A stretch of DNA of 63,138 nt, the filler included, from Reticulomyxa filosa (taxonomy: Eukaryota; Protista; Foraminifera), in the NCBI GenBank assembly GCA_000512085.1. It is 17 parts of 17 records of this genome, joined end to end, with 100 filler letters (N's around TTAATTAATTAA, not from the genome) between each part and the next. Parts side by side here need not be neighbours in the genome. Positions count along the whole stretch, not along the records: positions 1 to 7,427 come from ASPP01007968.1; positions 7,528 to 28,003 come from ASPP01000436.1; 15 more parts are not named here. One strand, written 5' to 3'. The notes under the pieces were generated by a model. It was not told where the DNA came from and made no database searches. It was given only the letters and a program-made list of their open reading frames with translations. Below, in pieces: positions 1 through 13,168 of this stretch (its first letter is position 1; every line of letters begins with the position of its first letter). A program made the translations under genes and the position numbers.

Positions 1-78
1 AAAAAAAAAAAAAAAAGCACACACATACACATATACGTGCGTGCATTTGAGCCACAAAATAAACATAAACTACAAAAC

Positions 79-917
79 GCGTTGAATTGCCCAGTGCTTG
101 TTGTATTATTGAGTACACATCTTGATGAAGCGTCCAATAGGTCATTGCTGTGGTACCCAGCGGAGCATAGCCTGCAATACTGTTGTCAACTGTAAAGTGA
201 AGCCATACTTCAGGATCAAAGTCGTTGTAATATGTCTTTTTTTTTTTATTAATGCGTTTCCGACCCACAGGCACATGTGTTAATATTTTTTGAACATTGT
301 ATATACGTACCGTTATGTATGCGTCATCAAAAAAAAAAAAAACAGATACTAATAATCAAAAAACTTCAAATTCCATGACGATATCTTCATATTCATCAAT
401 TATCCAAAATACATCTGCATAAAATGAATGTAATGTTGCATTGAATCCAAACAGTTCTTTCATCAAAAAGTGTATTATCCAATTTGCTGGAGACCAATCA
501 TCCTTTTTTTTTCCCCCCCCCCCCCAAAATATTTCATTAAAAAATATTAGTAAGTTTTTTTTTTCATATGACTGTTGTTTTGTTCTTTCGGTTCTCTTCT
601 TGTGAACTCTTTATTGGTGCGGAGTCACTACACACCGTAATAACGTGGAGGTTCCTTCCTACTTCCGAAGCACGACGAGATACATTATATTTAGTAAATA
701 TATTTTCCAGGAAGCTTTGATTGAAACACTGAAATGTGGCGGAAGACAGTGGAGGATCTATTTCCAAAACTGCAGGTCTTTGAGGTTCTGTGTCCGACAT
801 TCTTCGCCTTTCATGTGCTTTTGATCTTCTTCGCATTGCTTCCATGCTTCCATGTGTTCCACATAATATATATGCACTGCAAAGCAAGATGAAAAGATAA
901 CTGCTTATTGATAACAT
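79..917 (-). CDS. Signal-peptide protein, 3'-truncated at window edge; possible OpuAC/glycine-betaine-type substrate-binding-like ectodomain
   Basis: ATG 917 (MLSISSYLFILLCSAYILCG, hydrophobic leader). GT-AG splicing joins ...NKTT|DDWSPANWIIHFLMKELFGFNATL...DIVMEFE|TYYNDFDPEVW...YAPLGTTAMTYW. The domain call is pattern resemblance only. Confidence 0.55.
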
Positions 918-1627
918 TATATTCAACCACAAGCAAGGATATGTCAAGTTTTGTTCTGAGCCTGCTTTGTGAGTTGTTTGTTTTTAAGCAGTTTTTCAGT
1001 CTGTTATAAAACCGTTTAAAAACAAAATAGTAGTCAATTCACTATCTCATATCGGAACCAGGTCCAGTTGAAAACAAAATCGACATTGATTCACTAATAA
1101 TTGCAACAACTTGCATGATTCAAAGACAATAACTTAAAAACGGTTGGTTAATATTGCCAATGCAATAGAAGGTAAAAAAGAGTCACAATCAACAATCTTA
1201 AAGGTATATTTTGTCAATCCTGCACAACTGCTAACCGTTGTTTAAAAACTTTCAAAATTTACCTTTTAAAAATGATTGATTTGATAAAAGTAATGTCAAT
1301 TTATTATTGGATTATTCTCCGATAATATTGCATAAGTTTGAAAACATTTATTTGTTCATGGTTTAAAATAACATTCATTTATTACCATAAATCACTAACA
1401 TAACTTAGAGTTTTCTTTATAAACGGAATATAACAGATTGTTTTCAATAGGTATAACAAATTAACATTAAAGGTAACGTCAAAACTAAAAAAACGAAAAA
1501 GACTGCAAAAATGTACGAATCTTTTAAAAAGTTTTGAAATTCCTTGGCATACATCAATCGCAAGCACTTTTCACATTATTTTGCACATTCGTGATAATCT
1601 TTACTTAAAATTTTCAAAAAAAGCTAG

Positions 1628-2505
1628 ATGATAAGTTTGGAGCATTTGTACAGCTTGGAAAGCGAAATAAAGAGCGCATTAGGGGAAGTACAAAAAAAAT
1701 TGGTAACAGTATGTGCAGGGAGTGCCGACAATAAGGAAATTGACAATATCTCTGAAAGATTAAACTATGCAAAAGTTAAAATACGTTTGATGGAGTTAGA
1801 ATTAAGGCAAATCCAAGACAGACAAGATGGACGTAAATTTAGGCCAATTGTGAAAAGTTTTGAAGATCAAGTGCAAGAATACAATCAACAGTTGTTATGG
1901 GCCATTGGTGGAAAACGAATTACTCAAGCTGAAAGACTGAGAGAAAAATATGGTATGATTTAAATTTTAAAATTTGAAAATGACAATGAGGCAATCATCC
2001 GCTACATTTTTTTCTTTGCTCAATAAATGTGAATTCACATAAAATATGGACAAACAAAAGCAAAAAAAAAAAAATAAAAAATGGAAAACATTTGGTTCCT
2101 TTGGCAATATTGCACAAACAAAAATAATTTTTTCTTAATTACAAAGGGGACATTGGAAAAAATGAAGAGGGGGCAATTCTTTATGGACGACATATGCAAG
2201 ACCAGCAACACGAATTGGCAGACAGAGGCATTGAAATTATCACGGAAACAAAAGAAGTAGCTCGCAACACTGCAGAAAGAGTGCACGAGCAAACGGTACA
2301 ATTGAAGAAGATTGATAACAATTTGTCAGAGATTGACAACGAACTTAGCCGAGCTACTCGAATTATGCGAAGAATTGGACGAAGAGTTATGACGGACAAA
2401 TATGTCATGTGTTTGCTGGTGCTAGTATTAATTGCGGTTGTCATCGCTGTTTTATTGGCCCTCGAAAAGAGAGGAGTTATCCCAAAGTATACCCACTCTG
2501 CGTAA
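1628..2505 (+). CDS. Qb-SNARE (NPSN/Vti1-like), 2 exons
   Basis: Phase-1 intron 1953-2146 joins the helical N-terminus to the SNARE motif EQTVQLKKIDNNLSEIDNELSRATRIMRRIGRRVMTDK, followed by a C-terminal TM anchor. Confidence 0.85.
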
Positions 2506-2978
2506 TTCAACTATTTTTATTGTAGTTGTCATTGGAGTACACGGATACTTTGGCAGCCTAATTTTCCAAGACAGTTCCGGAGTCACTCCACTATTATTCA
2601 TTTTGCGTTCTTGCTACTTTCCTAGAACTTCTTTTTCTTGCAATTACACATGATTTGTTTCATTTGTGTTTGCAAAATGTTATCGGTTGTTGTAAAACAC
2701 ATTTGTTGTATACATTAAATTACTTATAATAGTGTTTTTCTTGAAGAATGTTGATAACTCCAAAGTGCGCATTCTCTTGCAAAATCTTTCCACAGTTTCG
2801 ATACTATACTTACTGACAATTGCTGAAGAATTGAAACAAAGTCAACTGATCAAATACAATATCTTTTATGTGCCGTGAAGCGTTCTCGAAGTTTTTTTTT
2901 CTTTTTATTAAACTATTTTCCGAAATAAACCTCTTTTGTGACTTTTGGTAACCAATAAAGTCCAAGATATTTGCAGAT

Positions 2979-3676
2979 ATGCAGCATATGGAAGATGAAG
3001 TGAAAAAAGTTGTTGTGGAAATACGATCTCAGTGTGGTCCCTCAGGGGTGCGAGAAGGTGATATTAACGTTGTCAAGAGTAAAATTGCCTTTGCAAAAAA
3101 TAAAATTAAGATGATGAATATTGAAAAAAGGCAACTTGACGCAAACTCGTCCCGCAAGTGGTCTCAAATAATCCAAGATTTACGAGACCAAGTTACAGAT
3201 ATTGAAAGTACGCTGAATTGGCAAGGCATTAAGACAGACACAGAAGAAACCAATTTAAATAGTTTAGTTCTGTCAAACTAAAAAGAAATCTACATGTAAG
3301 TTTGTAAACGTATACAAAATTATTTAAAAAGATGTGTGTATTTAAAAAAAAAGCCGAAGAAGATGCTATAAATTATGGAAGAAGCCAGCAAGATCTCCAA
3401 CACAAACTTGCAGAAGACGGCTTAGAAATGATGGCATCAATGCAAGATATCGCCGTGGATACAACGCAAAAGATGAAAGAGCAAACGGAGAAATTGGTTG
3501 ATATTGGGAAAACTCTGGACGAAACAGAAAATGAATTGGGAAGAGCAACACGAATAATAAAGCGAATGGGACGGAAAATGCTTACAGACAAATACATTAT
3601 GGTGTTGATTTTCTTGGTCTTTTTGGGGATTATCGCCATCATTGTACTTTCTGCCCTGAAAAATAAGATTCATTGA
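2979..3676 (+). CDS. Qb-SNARE (NPSN/Vti1-like), tandem paralog, 2 exons
   Basis: Phase-1 intron 3262-3353. SNARE motif EQTEKLVDIGKTLDETENELGRATRIIKRMGRKMLTDK plus TM anchor; clearly homologous to 1628-2505. Confidence 0.85.
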
Positions 3677-4037
3677 TCATTTCTTTTGTTTTTTATGTTT
3701 TTCAGAGTTAAAAATTTCTTTTTAAAAAAAAATTGAATACGAACTATTGCATGAGTGTGTACTCTTAATTTTTGTCTTTGGATATAAAATGCTTTGTTTG
3801 GCTATCGAGAGAGCAAAATAGTTTTTTTTGGTCTCTTCAAAGCGATCATAACACTTCAGCAAATAGAGAAAAAAAAATTTTTATCTTGTATATTAAAATT
3901 AACTGACTAAAAACGAAAGAAACGCATGCACAAAAAAAAAACATGAATTGTTGGCTGGATTTTAAGCCAAAATTGATGTTCGCTCAAACTAATAATATGA
4001 AAACCATTTTTTATTGGCTTGCTCTAATAAAAACAAG

Positions 4038-5834
4038 TCACGAACGCAATGGCATGGAGAGCTTTAATGACACGCAAACTGGGTCTATGTTATTTGGGTC
4101 ATAGGCCTTGAGAGCAAGCACTTGACTCTTACTTTGTTGGGTGTTGTAGAATGCATTGGGCTTGCCTTCTTCATTTTCTTGATAACAATCTCCCTGTGAA
4201 TTGGCAACAGAATCTTCATGGCCATCTGGAAACATTTGATCGTTTACTGCATTTGAGCTCGAGTCTGAATGAGAATGTTCACCTCCTAATATGTGTTCGC
4301 TTGCATTTTCGAGCTTTGCACTTTTGCGGGGTGTACCATTAGAACAATGATAAATAATAAAAACGGCCAGTCCACAGAGTGTTGGTATGATTACAAATAC
4401 TAAAAGTAGTATAAGCAGCAATGGAACATTGGCCGAGCAGCATCACCATCACCGCTATCTTTGGCAGCGCCGGTGTCGTTTTTGTCGTTGTTATCGCTGT
4501 AATAGTCGCTTAATCGGCAGTCATTGCATTCGTTACAAAATAATCTTTTCCCAACAACACAACACAAAATCAAGAAATCGAAAAACATAAGAGGATAAAA
4601 AAAGAGCAGATAAAAAAAAAAAAGAAGAAACATTGCAGCTGCTGCATTCCAATTGCACAAATATTGCTGTTGATACTGATGCCCGGCAAATAACATGATA
4701 TTTTGAAATGATGAAACATCGCTCAAATTGCTCGAATAAAAATTCAAAGAAGAAAAGCCTTTCTTAGAATAAACCGTGTAATACTCGAAGTTAGATTCAC
4801 CATTGCTTCGAAGCTGACAGTAACTGTCGGGATATTCTGGGCAAATAACATCAACATTACTGTCCATATGTTCAGTATCAATAGCATAGCTGTTTTTATT
4901 ATCGCACTCAATTGTTACATTGGAAGTTGCTGCGGATGCATTCACAGTGACATGAAGACAGGCTTTGTCACCTATTTTTACGATAAACATAAAGTCTGCG
5001 TATACGTACATCTTTTTCAGCCTCTATCCCTTGTTAAATCAGACTCCTTCCCTCTCCCCTCTCCCCCTCCCTCCTTCCTTACATTTTTTGTACTCAAATG
5101 AAGAAATCAACAAACCAGAACACTCAAGCAAAAATTTGGTAACGTTTTGCTCAATTTGTAAAATATTGGAAACAAATACGTATTCTTCATCTGAGGATAT
5201 ACGAGTTGCTTTAAGCCAGAACTGATCGATATTCGATAAGTGCCACTCACTATCAGAACAGCCTCTGTCCGCTTTTGTTTTTGTTTTTTTTTTTTTTTTT
5301 ATTATGTGAAATTTTCCTTTCACAAAAGACGTAAACTAAAAAAAGATACAACCAACCTTGACAAGTGATGCTGACATTGTTTATATGATCAAATGAATAA
5401 CTCACATTTTGACAGGAAAAGGGTTGGTTATAGCAAGCAATGTTTACTACTTCAACTGAAGTAATCTCATATTTATTGTTAAAGCATGCATTGCTGCCAT
5501 AACATTCCACTTCTACTTGCACTATTGATTCCAAATATATGCTCATGTCACTGCATGCACCCTCATATCCACAGTAGAGTCTCACCGTGTTCGTATTAGA
5601 TACGTACAGCCTCCCGTTTCCACAGTCTAGTTCAGGGTTGTTACACCAAATTTCTACCACATCTGCATCTTTGATTACAACATTGTTTGATTGCAAACAC
5701 ATTCCACAAACATCAATGCTGTTGTTTCGATCCTTCAAAAAACCATTTCTACAGCCTTCGATGATCGTCCCAGAACCGTGTATTGGCTTTGTGATAAAGA
5801 GCAAAACAAAGAGATAAAATCTAAAGCCCTCCAT
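4038..5834 (-). CDS. Type I membrane protein with Cys-pair repeat ectodomain
   Basis: Signal peptide MEGFRFYLFVLLFITKPIHG; ~22-aa repeats (V/I-x-I-x-C-x5/6-C); three introns (first 5272-5356); TM LLLILLLVFVIIPTLCGLAVFIIY; acidic tail. One extra base is needed near 4431-4437 to reach the TM frame. Confidence 0.7.
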
Positions 5835-6402
5835 ACTTGAATTTGTGACGTTTTGTCGTTAAGAAAAGAAAGTTCAGTTTTGGTAATTTCTTTCGAAAGG
5901 GCAAGCAAAAGTTTCGTTTTAAATTTCTTACAATTTAATCACTAAAATTAAAAAATAATTCTTCTTGAGGAATAAAAAAGGCTAACATAAATCATCTGCT
6001 CTACCAATTATTTAAATAGAGATTGGAGTGACTAGAAAAATTCTAAAATGTAGAGTAGGTAAAATTAACGAAAACACGGAACAAATTTCAAATCTGACGC
6101 ATGATGTTTGTATCGGTTTTTTATGTTGAGAAAAATTTATCAACTTAATGAGCGGTCAAAGTATTTGAAGAAATCAGCTATTTTGATAAGAAAAGTTCTG
6201 AGCTATTGTCAGAAAAAAAATAAATTGTCAATAAAATACTAACTGATATAACCAATGCTGCGTACAACGGTATACGTATTAACAAATCGTTGACTCACAG
6301 ATGAGGTCGATAAGAGAGCAAAAGAGAAAATAATAAAAACAAAATACCATAGCAAAAAACGAGAGGAAAAAAAAAGATTTGTTAATAAAACAAAAATTCA
6401 TT

Positions 6403-7320
6403 TTATTTTGTGTTGTCCAAAATATGGGATGATGTTTCGGAGAATGCGTTATCTTGTAAAAAAAGACGAATTTTGCGCACTTGTGACGAGCGTTCAAAAG
6501 AATGTACAGTCGACAAGGCAGGTAATGGTACTGTAAGAGATAAATTGCCTTTGGGGTTTATGTGCGGTTCTTGATTGTTCCCAATTTCCGGTGTCTTTCT
6601 TTCCCGACTTGCATTTTTATTTTTTTTTTGCAAATGTACGTATACGTAACGGAAAAAGAAAGCAAGCTGTGTAAATTTTGTAAAAATGCAACAAAATGAT
6701 TTTGAACTGTGAGTTTAGCGGTTCACTGGACCTTTTTTTCTGGTTACTGGAACTGGCATATCGATACAAAGACAAAGGATGTAATGATTTTGTGCGTTGA
6801 TGGTTTGCCAACCGACTGAACATTTTAGTTACTGCACAATTTTGGCCTTTTTTGTTGGTGTTTTTGGATTGCGAATTTTCATTCAATTTGGTATCCGTAA
6901 GTTGCGTCGAATGCAACGTTGTCGGAGGCTTTTAAATAAAAAACAAAAACATTTATTTTAATTTTGTTTTTATTTTGAATTAGAACACAATTTTTTGTTG
7001 AATGAGGTGTGCTGGATCAATTTTTGTGCAAGATAGGAAAAAAAAAGGTCAAAGAAGGAGGGGGGGGGGGACGGACAGGGAATCAAGAGCATTTTAACTT
7101 CGGGGAGAACACTTGAAATGTTTTGGGAAGATTGTTGATGATTAATCGAAATGTCGAGTTCGGATATCCTCTTTGTGTCCAAAGGAGCAATGTTTTCATT
7201 GTCGATGACTATCCTCAGATTGTCTGTGGACATAATATCCTCGCTTTTGAGCTTCAGTTGACCCTGTTCGGAATGAGACAGCGATGCAGTTCTTTGCATT
7301 TGTTTGCTGCCACTATTTCC
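6403..7320 (-). CDS. Hypothetical low-complexity (S/N/Q/K-rich) protein, 5'-truncated, at least 3 exons
   Basis: Co-oriented ORF segments 6970-7299, 6617-6916 and 6403-6633, separated by AT-rich GT-AG intron-like stretches. Confidence 0.5.
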
Positions 7321-7427
7321 CTTGGCAAGAAAAAGACTATTTCACCCAATCATTTTTTTTTTTTTTTTTAATGATGTGTATGCATGTGTGCAAATGTGTT
7401 TTTATTTCCGGTGACACACACACACAC

Positions 7428-7527
7428 NNNNNNNNNNNNNNNNNNNNNNNNNNNNNNNNNNNNNNNNNNNNTTAATTAATTAANNNNNNNNNNNNNNNNN
7501 NNNNNNNNNNNNNNNNNNNNNNNNNNN
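7428..7527. other. Artificial contig spacer N44-TTAATTAATTAA-N44 (first of 16)
   Basis: Identical 100-bp spacers start at 7428, 28004, 33821, 35370, 37247, 39681, 45780, 46880, 47991, 50308, 51962, 53661, 55073, 57115, 58479 and 60846. The 12-mer places stops in all six frames. Confidence 0.98.
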
Positions 7528-8675
7528 TCTTTTTTATCTTACTGTATTAGTATTGTATATTTTACACCAGTTGTATTAAGATTACCAATTAATATTATTT
7601 TATCAATTGGATTAAGTCATATTGTTATTATTATCTGACACTGTACATGTAATTGAACATTGTATTATTCAATTTGGATAAAAGGGATATAATTATTTTG
7701 TTTGTTTGTTTTGTTTGCTTGCTGCTTGTTTGAAATGATTATGAGTAAAATATATATAATTATTATTTTACAAGAGCTATTGTCTGTCACGCAAAGGGAT
7801 ATAAACAACTTGAGTACAAATATATCAAAAAAATTTCCATAGCTGACATTTGTTTGAAAAACAGATACAATTTATGAAATTGTTTCAATGTTTCATTCGA
7901 TGTGGCAAGGCCTCTGTCAAGCCTTATTTTTTTCTTCTTTTCCTCATTTGTCTCCTTCTTTTTCATTTACTCTTGCCCATCCTTTTAAAAATGCTTCAAA
8001 CCTTGAAAACTTCAATGGAAATAGAGGTCAGTAATGATGGTGCTGTGAACTGGTTTTTGGAAATTTTTTTGGCACAATGTTGTATTATAATGTCCTTGAT
8101 TGATGGTCCTACCAGTTCGCGCAGCTGAGATTTTCTTGCAATCTCAAGACAGCAGTGTCGATAAAAACGATTGTTGTGAGTGGTATCATAGTTACCCACA
8201 TGCTTAAGTGCTGTCAATATGCACATCCGTCAAGATATGTGTTTTGAAAAGAGGACTGTACTGTTGAAGTATCAGAAATTTGATTTCGGATTCTGTTTCT
8301 TTATATTTCAACCACTCTCTGTCTCATCTCCTAACCTATGCATAAATCGGCCTAGATCAAGATTCAAAATCTGGATTTGATCATTATATAAATATATAAT
8401 GTCAACATCCCTTTTTTTTGCCACGCAAAAGTACATTTTTTCACTGAAGGTTCAAAAATGAATGTCCTTCAATGCTCCCGCCATTACTATGCTGTTTGCT
8501 TAAAACATACCGGAAATGGACTAAATATTTACTAATTTGTCGCAATAAATATTTTTCTTTTTGTGGTATCAATTAGAAAAACTGATCGTTGCCGTTCCTA
8601 AAACAACTGAACCTCTTCCACTATTTTCAAAAAAAACTTGGCTTTCGCTTTACTTTTCAAGGTGAAAAGAGGATA

Positions 8676-9074
8676 ATGAATCAACGAAGTAAGCAAGAGA
8701 AGTTGGCAGTTATTCAAGCACAAAAAAAGCAAGTCGAGTCAGATTTGACGAAACTTTTCGAATGGAAAAAAGTTAGCTAAATTTCTACGGTTAAGAGTAA
8801 AAGTTGTTTCTTTTTGTTGCTTAAACAGGAACAAATAGACCATCGTTTAAAGCCTTTGATACAGAATTTCTATCAATTCGTCCAAGAAACAACTGGTAAA
8901 GTTGAAAAGAACGAAGTGCAGCTTCAAAAGTATGTTCCATGTTCCTTTTCATGTACTTTCATAGATCAAATGTTTTCTTTACAATACACAAACAGTGAAA
9001 CAGAAGAAGTCTTGCAAGTCATCCATGCGATGCACAAGAATTTATCTATTTTAATGAACAATTCACTAAAATGA
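8676..9074 (+). CDS. Small (~90 aa) coiled-coil protein, 3 exons
   Basis: MNQRSKQEKL...FEWKK|EQIDHRL...VQLQN|ETEEVLQ...NSLK*; two phase-compatible GT-AG introns. Confidence 0.6.
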
Positions 9075-9463
9075 GAGGTAGGATTGAGTGAAAAAGGTTG
9101 GGTGAAACTGTGAAGTGTAATACGATAGCAATTTGTTGTATTATAGATTTGTATACAACTCCCAGGACTAAAAAATAGGTAATGTTTTCTTCTCGTATGA
9201 CTTTGAGAGGATATTATTATTTTAATTCAAATGATCAACTTCAAATTTTTTTATGTAGTGATAGCTGCGCCCGGATAAAATAAGACTATAAATTTCTTAC
9301 ATCAAAAAATGTGATACAATAAAATAGTCAGTGAATCAATACATAAAAAACATAAATACTCTTAACACAACACTTAAAAGGTACACTGACAGAAACAAAA
9401 TCTTTTATTATTTTTTGAAAAATTTTGGAATTATTTTTTTTGGATAATTAAAAATTAAGAAAA

Positions 9464-12400
9464 ATGTCGATGTGGAATAAGAGTGGCTCCCAATCCCAAT
9501 ATAACGTGGAATGGGGATGGCAAGTTTTGGAATTATTTACTCACTTGAAAAGCCTGTTCTGAAAAATGTGTACTTTTACAATATGTTTAGAATGACACCG
9601 GGAAATTTATTGCTTATCCTGCGAATGTGACTCAAGCTTTAGAAAACAGTAACATTGGAGATCGAGTTAACGATTCACGCTTTTCATGTATATATTTTTG
9701 AGAACAAAAACTAACTCTAAAAAGATAAAAGTTCACTTGAACACGTATATACAGAAAGAGTAGATTGCAAATAAAAATCAAGTTAATGAATGTTTTACAT
9801 AGGTAGACTATCACGCCAATGGTCAAACCTATGCCATAACAAGAGACTCTCGAACGACAGCTACGCAATTCAATCCAACATCCAAGAAGAAAAGACCTGC
9901 GCAAAGATTCACAACTACTCAAAGTATCGTCCTCAAGTCTACCCAAACCAATCTACAAAAAAAAAAAGAAGAGGGAGTAGCACATAATCCACCTTACAAA
10001 AATGATAAAAAACAACATAAAAATAGCATCCACAAACACGCAACAAACTGCGACTTGGCAGGTTAACTATTTTTTTTAGCACAAAAGAAGGAACTGCTTA
10101 AAAAAGGAAAAACAAAACAAAACAAAACAGAAGCAAATATAAAATGCGTTTGCAATATTTATTGCGCGAAGGGGGGGGATTTGGTTTGATGTTTATGATA
10201 TTATCTTAGTTTTTAGATGACGATGGCACATACAAAAGTTGCGATGTTGATGTCGCCAATTATTTAGACAAAAAGCCAATTGGAACTGTTTCGTTTCTTT
10301 TTTTTTTTTATGTTTGTCTTTTCGTTGAATAAGAGTAAATTGATCTTTTTGTAATATGAATGAAAATGAAAAGTATCAAGTCCAATGGTCATCACGGGAT
10401 TTCGAGTTTCAGAAGTTGGACAACAACACTGCCTTACAAACCAATTCGAGCACTGGGAAAACGAGGAAATTACGAAGAGTGCAGCCCCAGACACAGTCTT
10501 CTCAGGCAATTTGGTTTGTAATCTCATTTATTTTTTTCCCTAAGTGAAACAAATACACAAAAAAAAAAAAAAAAAAAAAATGAACAAATGGGGATGTGTA
10601 TAATCCACAACATAAGGCTGTGGCAAGATGACGACGGTACATTTAAAGCTTATGACGCGAGCGTGTCAGTAGCAATTGAAAACGCCAAAGCCGGAAGTAG
10701 AGTTAATAATATCAATAATCAAAACTAACCAAAAAATAAATAAAATCAATGAACAGTGTTGAAAGATATGCAATAAAACAGAAAGACAATTGGGTCTCAT
10801 TCTTCATCCTTTTGTAACAGATAAGTTTGAATGCAACTTATGATATCGTGAAGTCGGACAATAGTAGTGGAGTCCAAGTGAACGTCAAGACGAACAAACA
10901 AAGACAAGTACGTCGACATAGGGGTGATCCTAGCAACGATAACGACGCAAGTAGTGATAGCGCAGACCTTTTTGCCAAATTATTTTTGTTGACACTGTTG
11001 ATGCAATTACAAGAAACGGAAAATCAAATGAATGAAGCACAGTCCCAAATGAATACCGGATACGCGATATGGGTTTGTTTGTTTGTTTGTTGTTTTTTTT
11101 TTATTCTTTTTTTTTTTAAAGATTTCTCGTTTTTGGGCCACTGGCTCTATGACAAATAAAACAAAACAAAACACTTATGCTTACTTGTGTGGATTAGGAG
11201 TGGCAAGATGACAATGGTGGATTCAAGGCATACTCGAACGATGAAATGCAAAAAATTGAAAACATGAAAATTGGAGCTACAGTTATATTCACGTTCCCTC
11301 GATAAAAAAAAAAAGAGATGAAGAGGAGGGAGGGGGTGGAAGAGAATAATCAAGCAATTGCATTTTTTTTTTTTTGCTTTCGACACTGACAGCTGACGTT
11401 GAGCAATAAATACGAAGTGACAAAGAAAGATTTATCTACTGCAACCCAAAAAAATACAAGCACTAACAAAATTCGCGCATGCCGTCGACGTGTGGTAACA
11501 AACAGTTTCGGACATATTTTTTTCCCCTTCCCTCCCTCCTTCTCTCTTTCTCTCATTTGTTTGCTCACTTTTTGCAAAAACGAATTGCAAGTATACGTAA
11601 CTGTGCACATGCATGTTCTTGCACTAGATGACAACTCTGATGACTATCAACAACTGCAAAATAAGTACGAAACATTAAAAGCCCAAACGCGAATGCAAAC
11701 TGTGACTTGGGGTAAGTGTCGATTCTAATTTGTTCTGAAGCATAGAAAATTTTTGTCGATATGAAAGAGATAAAAAAAAAAACATGTGACTGTTTGGAAG
11801 AACAGAATGGAAAGCCGATGAGGGCTGGAGACCCTATACTGATCAAAACCTAATGAAGAAAATCGAAGATGCACGTGTGGGCGAAGCAGTTTTGCATTTA
11901 TTTGTCCTTGTATTTGTTTCAAACTTTTTGCTTTTTCAGCAAATCTTGCAAAACATCTTTTTAATTCTCTTTCGACATCAAATTAAAAAAAGGTTCCTTT
12001 CATAATTGGCAACCGGCAATACACAGTAGTCAAATCCGATGATAGCACTGCCGTACAAAAGGAAACAAAGACAGGAGCCACTAGAAATGTTCGCCGAGTA
12101 GCAACAAACTCAAATTCAACAAACACAAGTACACCAAGTAATAGCATTGTTATATATGTATACGTACTTTTTGTTTTTTTGTTACATCCTTGCAATATGT
12201 TTGATTTGTGAAAAATGAACAGTAAACCAACAAAATGTGCTCCCTGACTGGTGGATCCAAGATGCGAATACAAAAAAGAGCTGTTATGTACCAGTGAAGA
12301 CAGACAGTCATGAATTGGCTAAAAAAGCGGTCAAAGAATTTTATTCAACTGTTAGTCAGAAAGACTATGAGGTTGTAGAGGTGATCGTTGTACAAAATCT

Positions 12401-13168
12401 ACACACGTGGTACCAACATCAAAGTTTGGAAACAACTTGGTTATCCTCAAACAGGATCAATTACAACACAAAAAACATTCGATGGCTGTGGCACGGTTAG
12501 TTTTTGTTTTGTTTTGTTTTTGTGGGCAAATATTTCGATCAGACAACATCTTGTTTTGTTTTGAAGGGACACACGCCAAAACCGTTCCAGAAATTTGCAG
12601 CAAAGTTGTGTGAAATAAGATTTTACTGCTTTCTTCTTGCACTTTGTTTGTTTAAGTAAATAGATATATACGTGAGTTGTGTAAATATATTTACAGGGAT
12701 TTTTACGTGACTACAATTCTACTTCGTTGTATGGCAAAGGAGTATATTTTGCACGGGATGCGTCATATCCTGTCACCAGAGGATATGCCAAGTTATATTA
12801 ACTATTTTGTGTGCCTATTTTGATTGCGTTTTATGTGTACTATCTCTCCTCTTTAAAAATAGATTTGATGATACAAATGGATATGCACGCTTAATGTACT
12901 GTCGCGTCATATGTGGAGAGAGTTGTGTTGGCAAAAAAGATTTGATTCGACCACCAACTAAGCCTACAGGATCTGATGGTGTGACATTGGAATATGAAAG
13001 CTTTGTTGACACTGTATCAAATCCAAGCATTGTTGTTTGCTGCACAGATTGTCAGGTAACACTACTTTTATCCTTTCGTACGTTGACATGTACAACACCA
13101 ACAAATTTGGACTATGTTTGTTGCATTAGGCTTATCCTGTGCTGCAGTTAATCCTCAAAAAGAAATAA
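9464..13168 (+). CDS. 5x WWE-domain PARP-family (mono-)ADP-ribosyltransferase, 18 exons
   Basis: Hand splicing of 17 GT-AG introns gives an open frame with five WWE units (WGWQNDTGKFIAY, WQFLDDDGTYKSC, WLWQDDDGTFKAY, WEWQDDNGGFKAY, WEWKADEGWRPY, each ending in a Q-x-N/E-x2-T/S-x3-R-x2-R-like strand). The catalytic domain reads VQN..LWHGT..GF.R..YGKGVYFARDASY..CRVICG..YESFVD..NPSIVV..QAYP. Confidence 0.92.

Noticed and set aside
7850-8350. Coding-like minus-strand patch
   Set aside because: Could not be spliced into a coherent frame or family.
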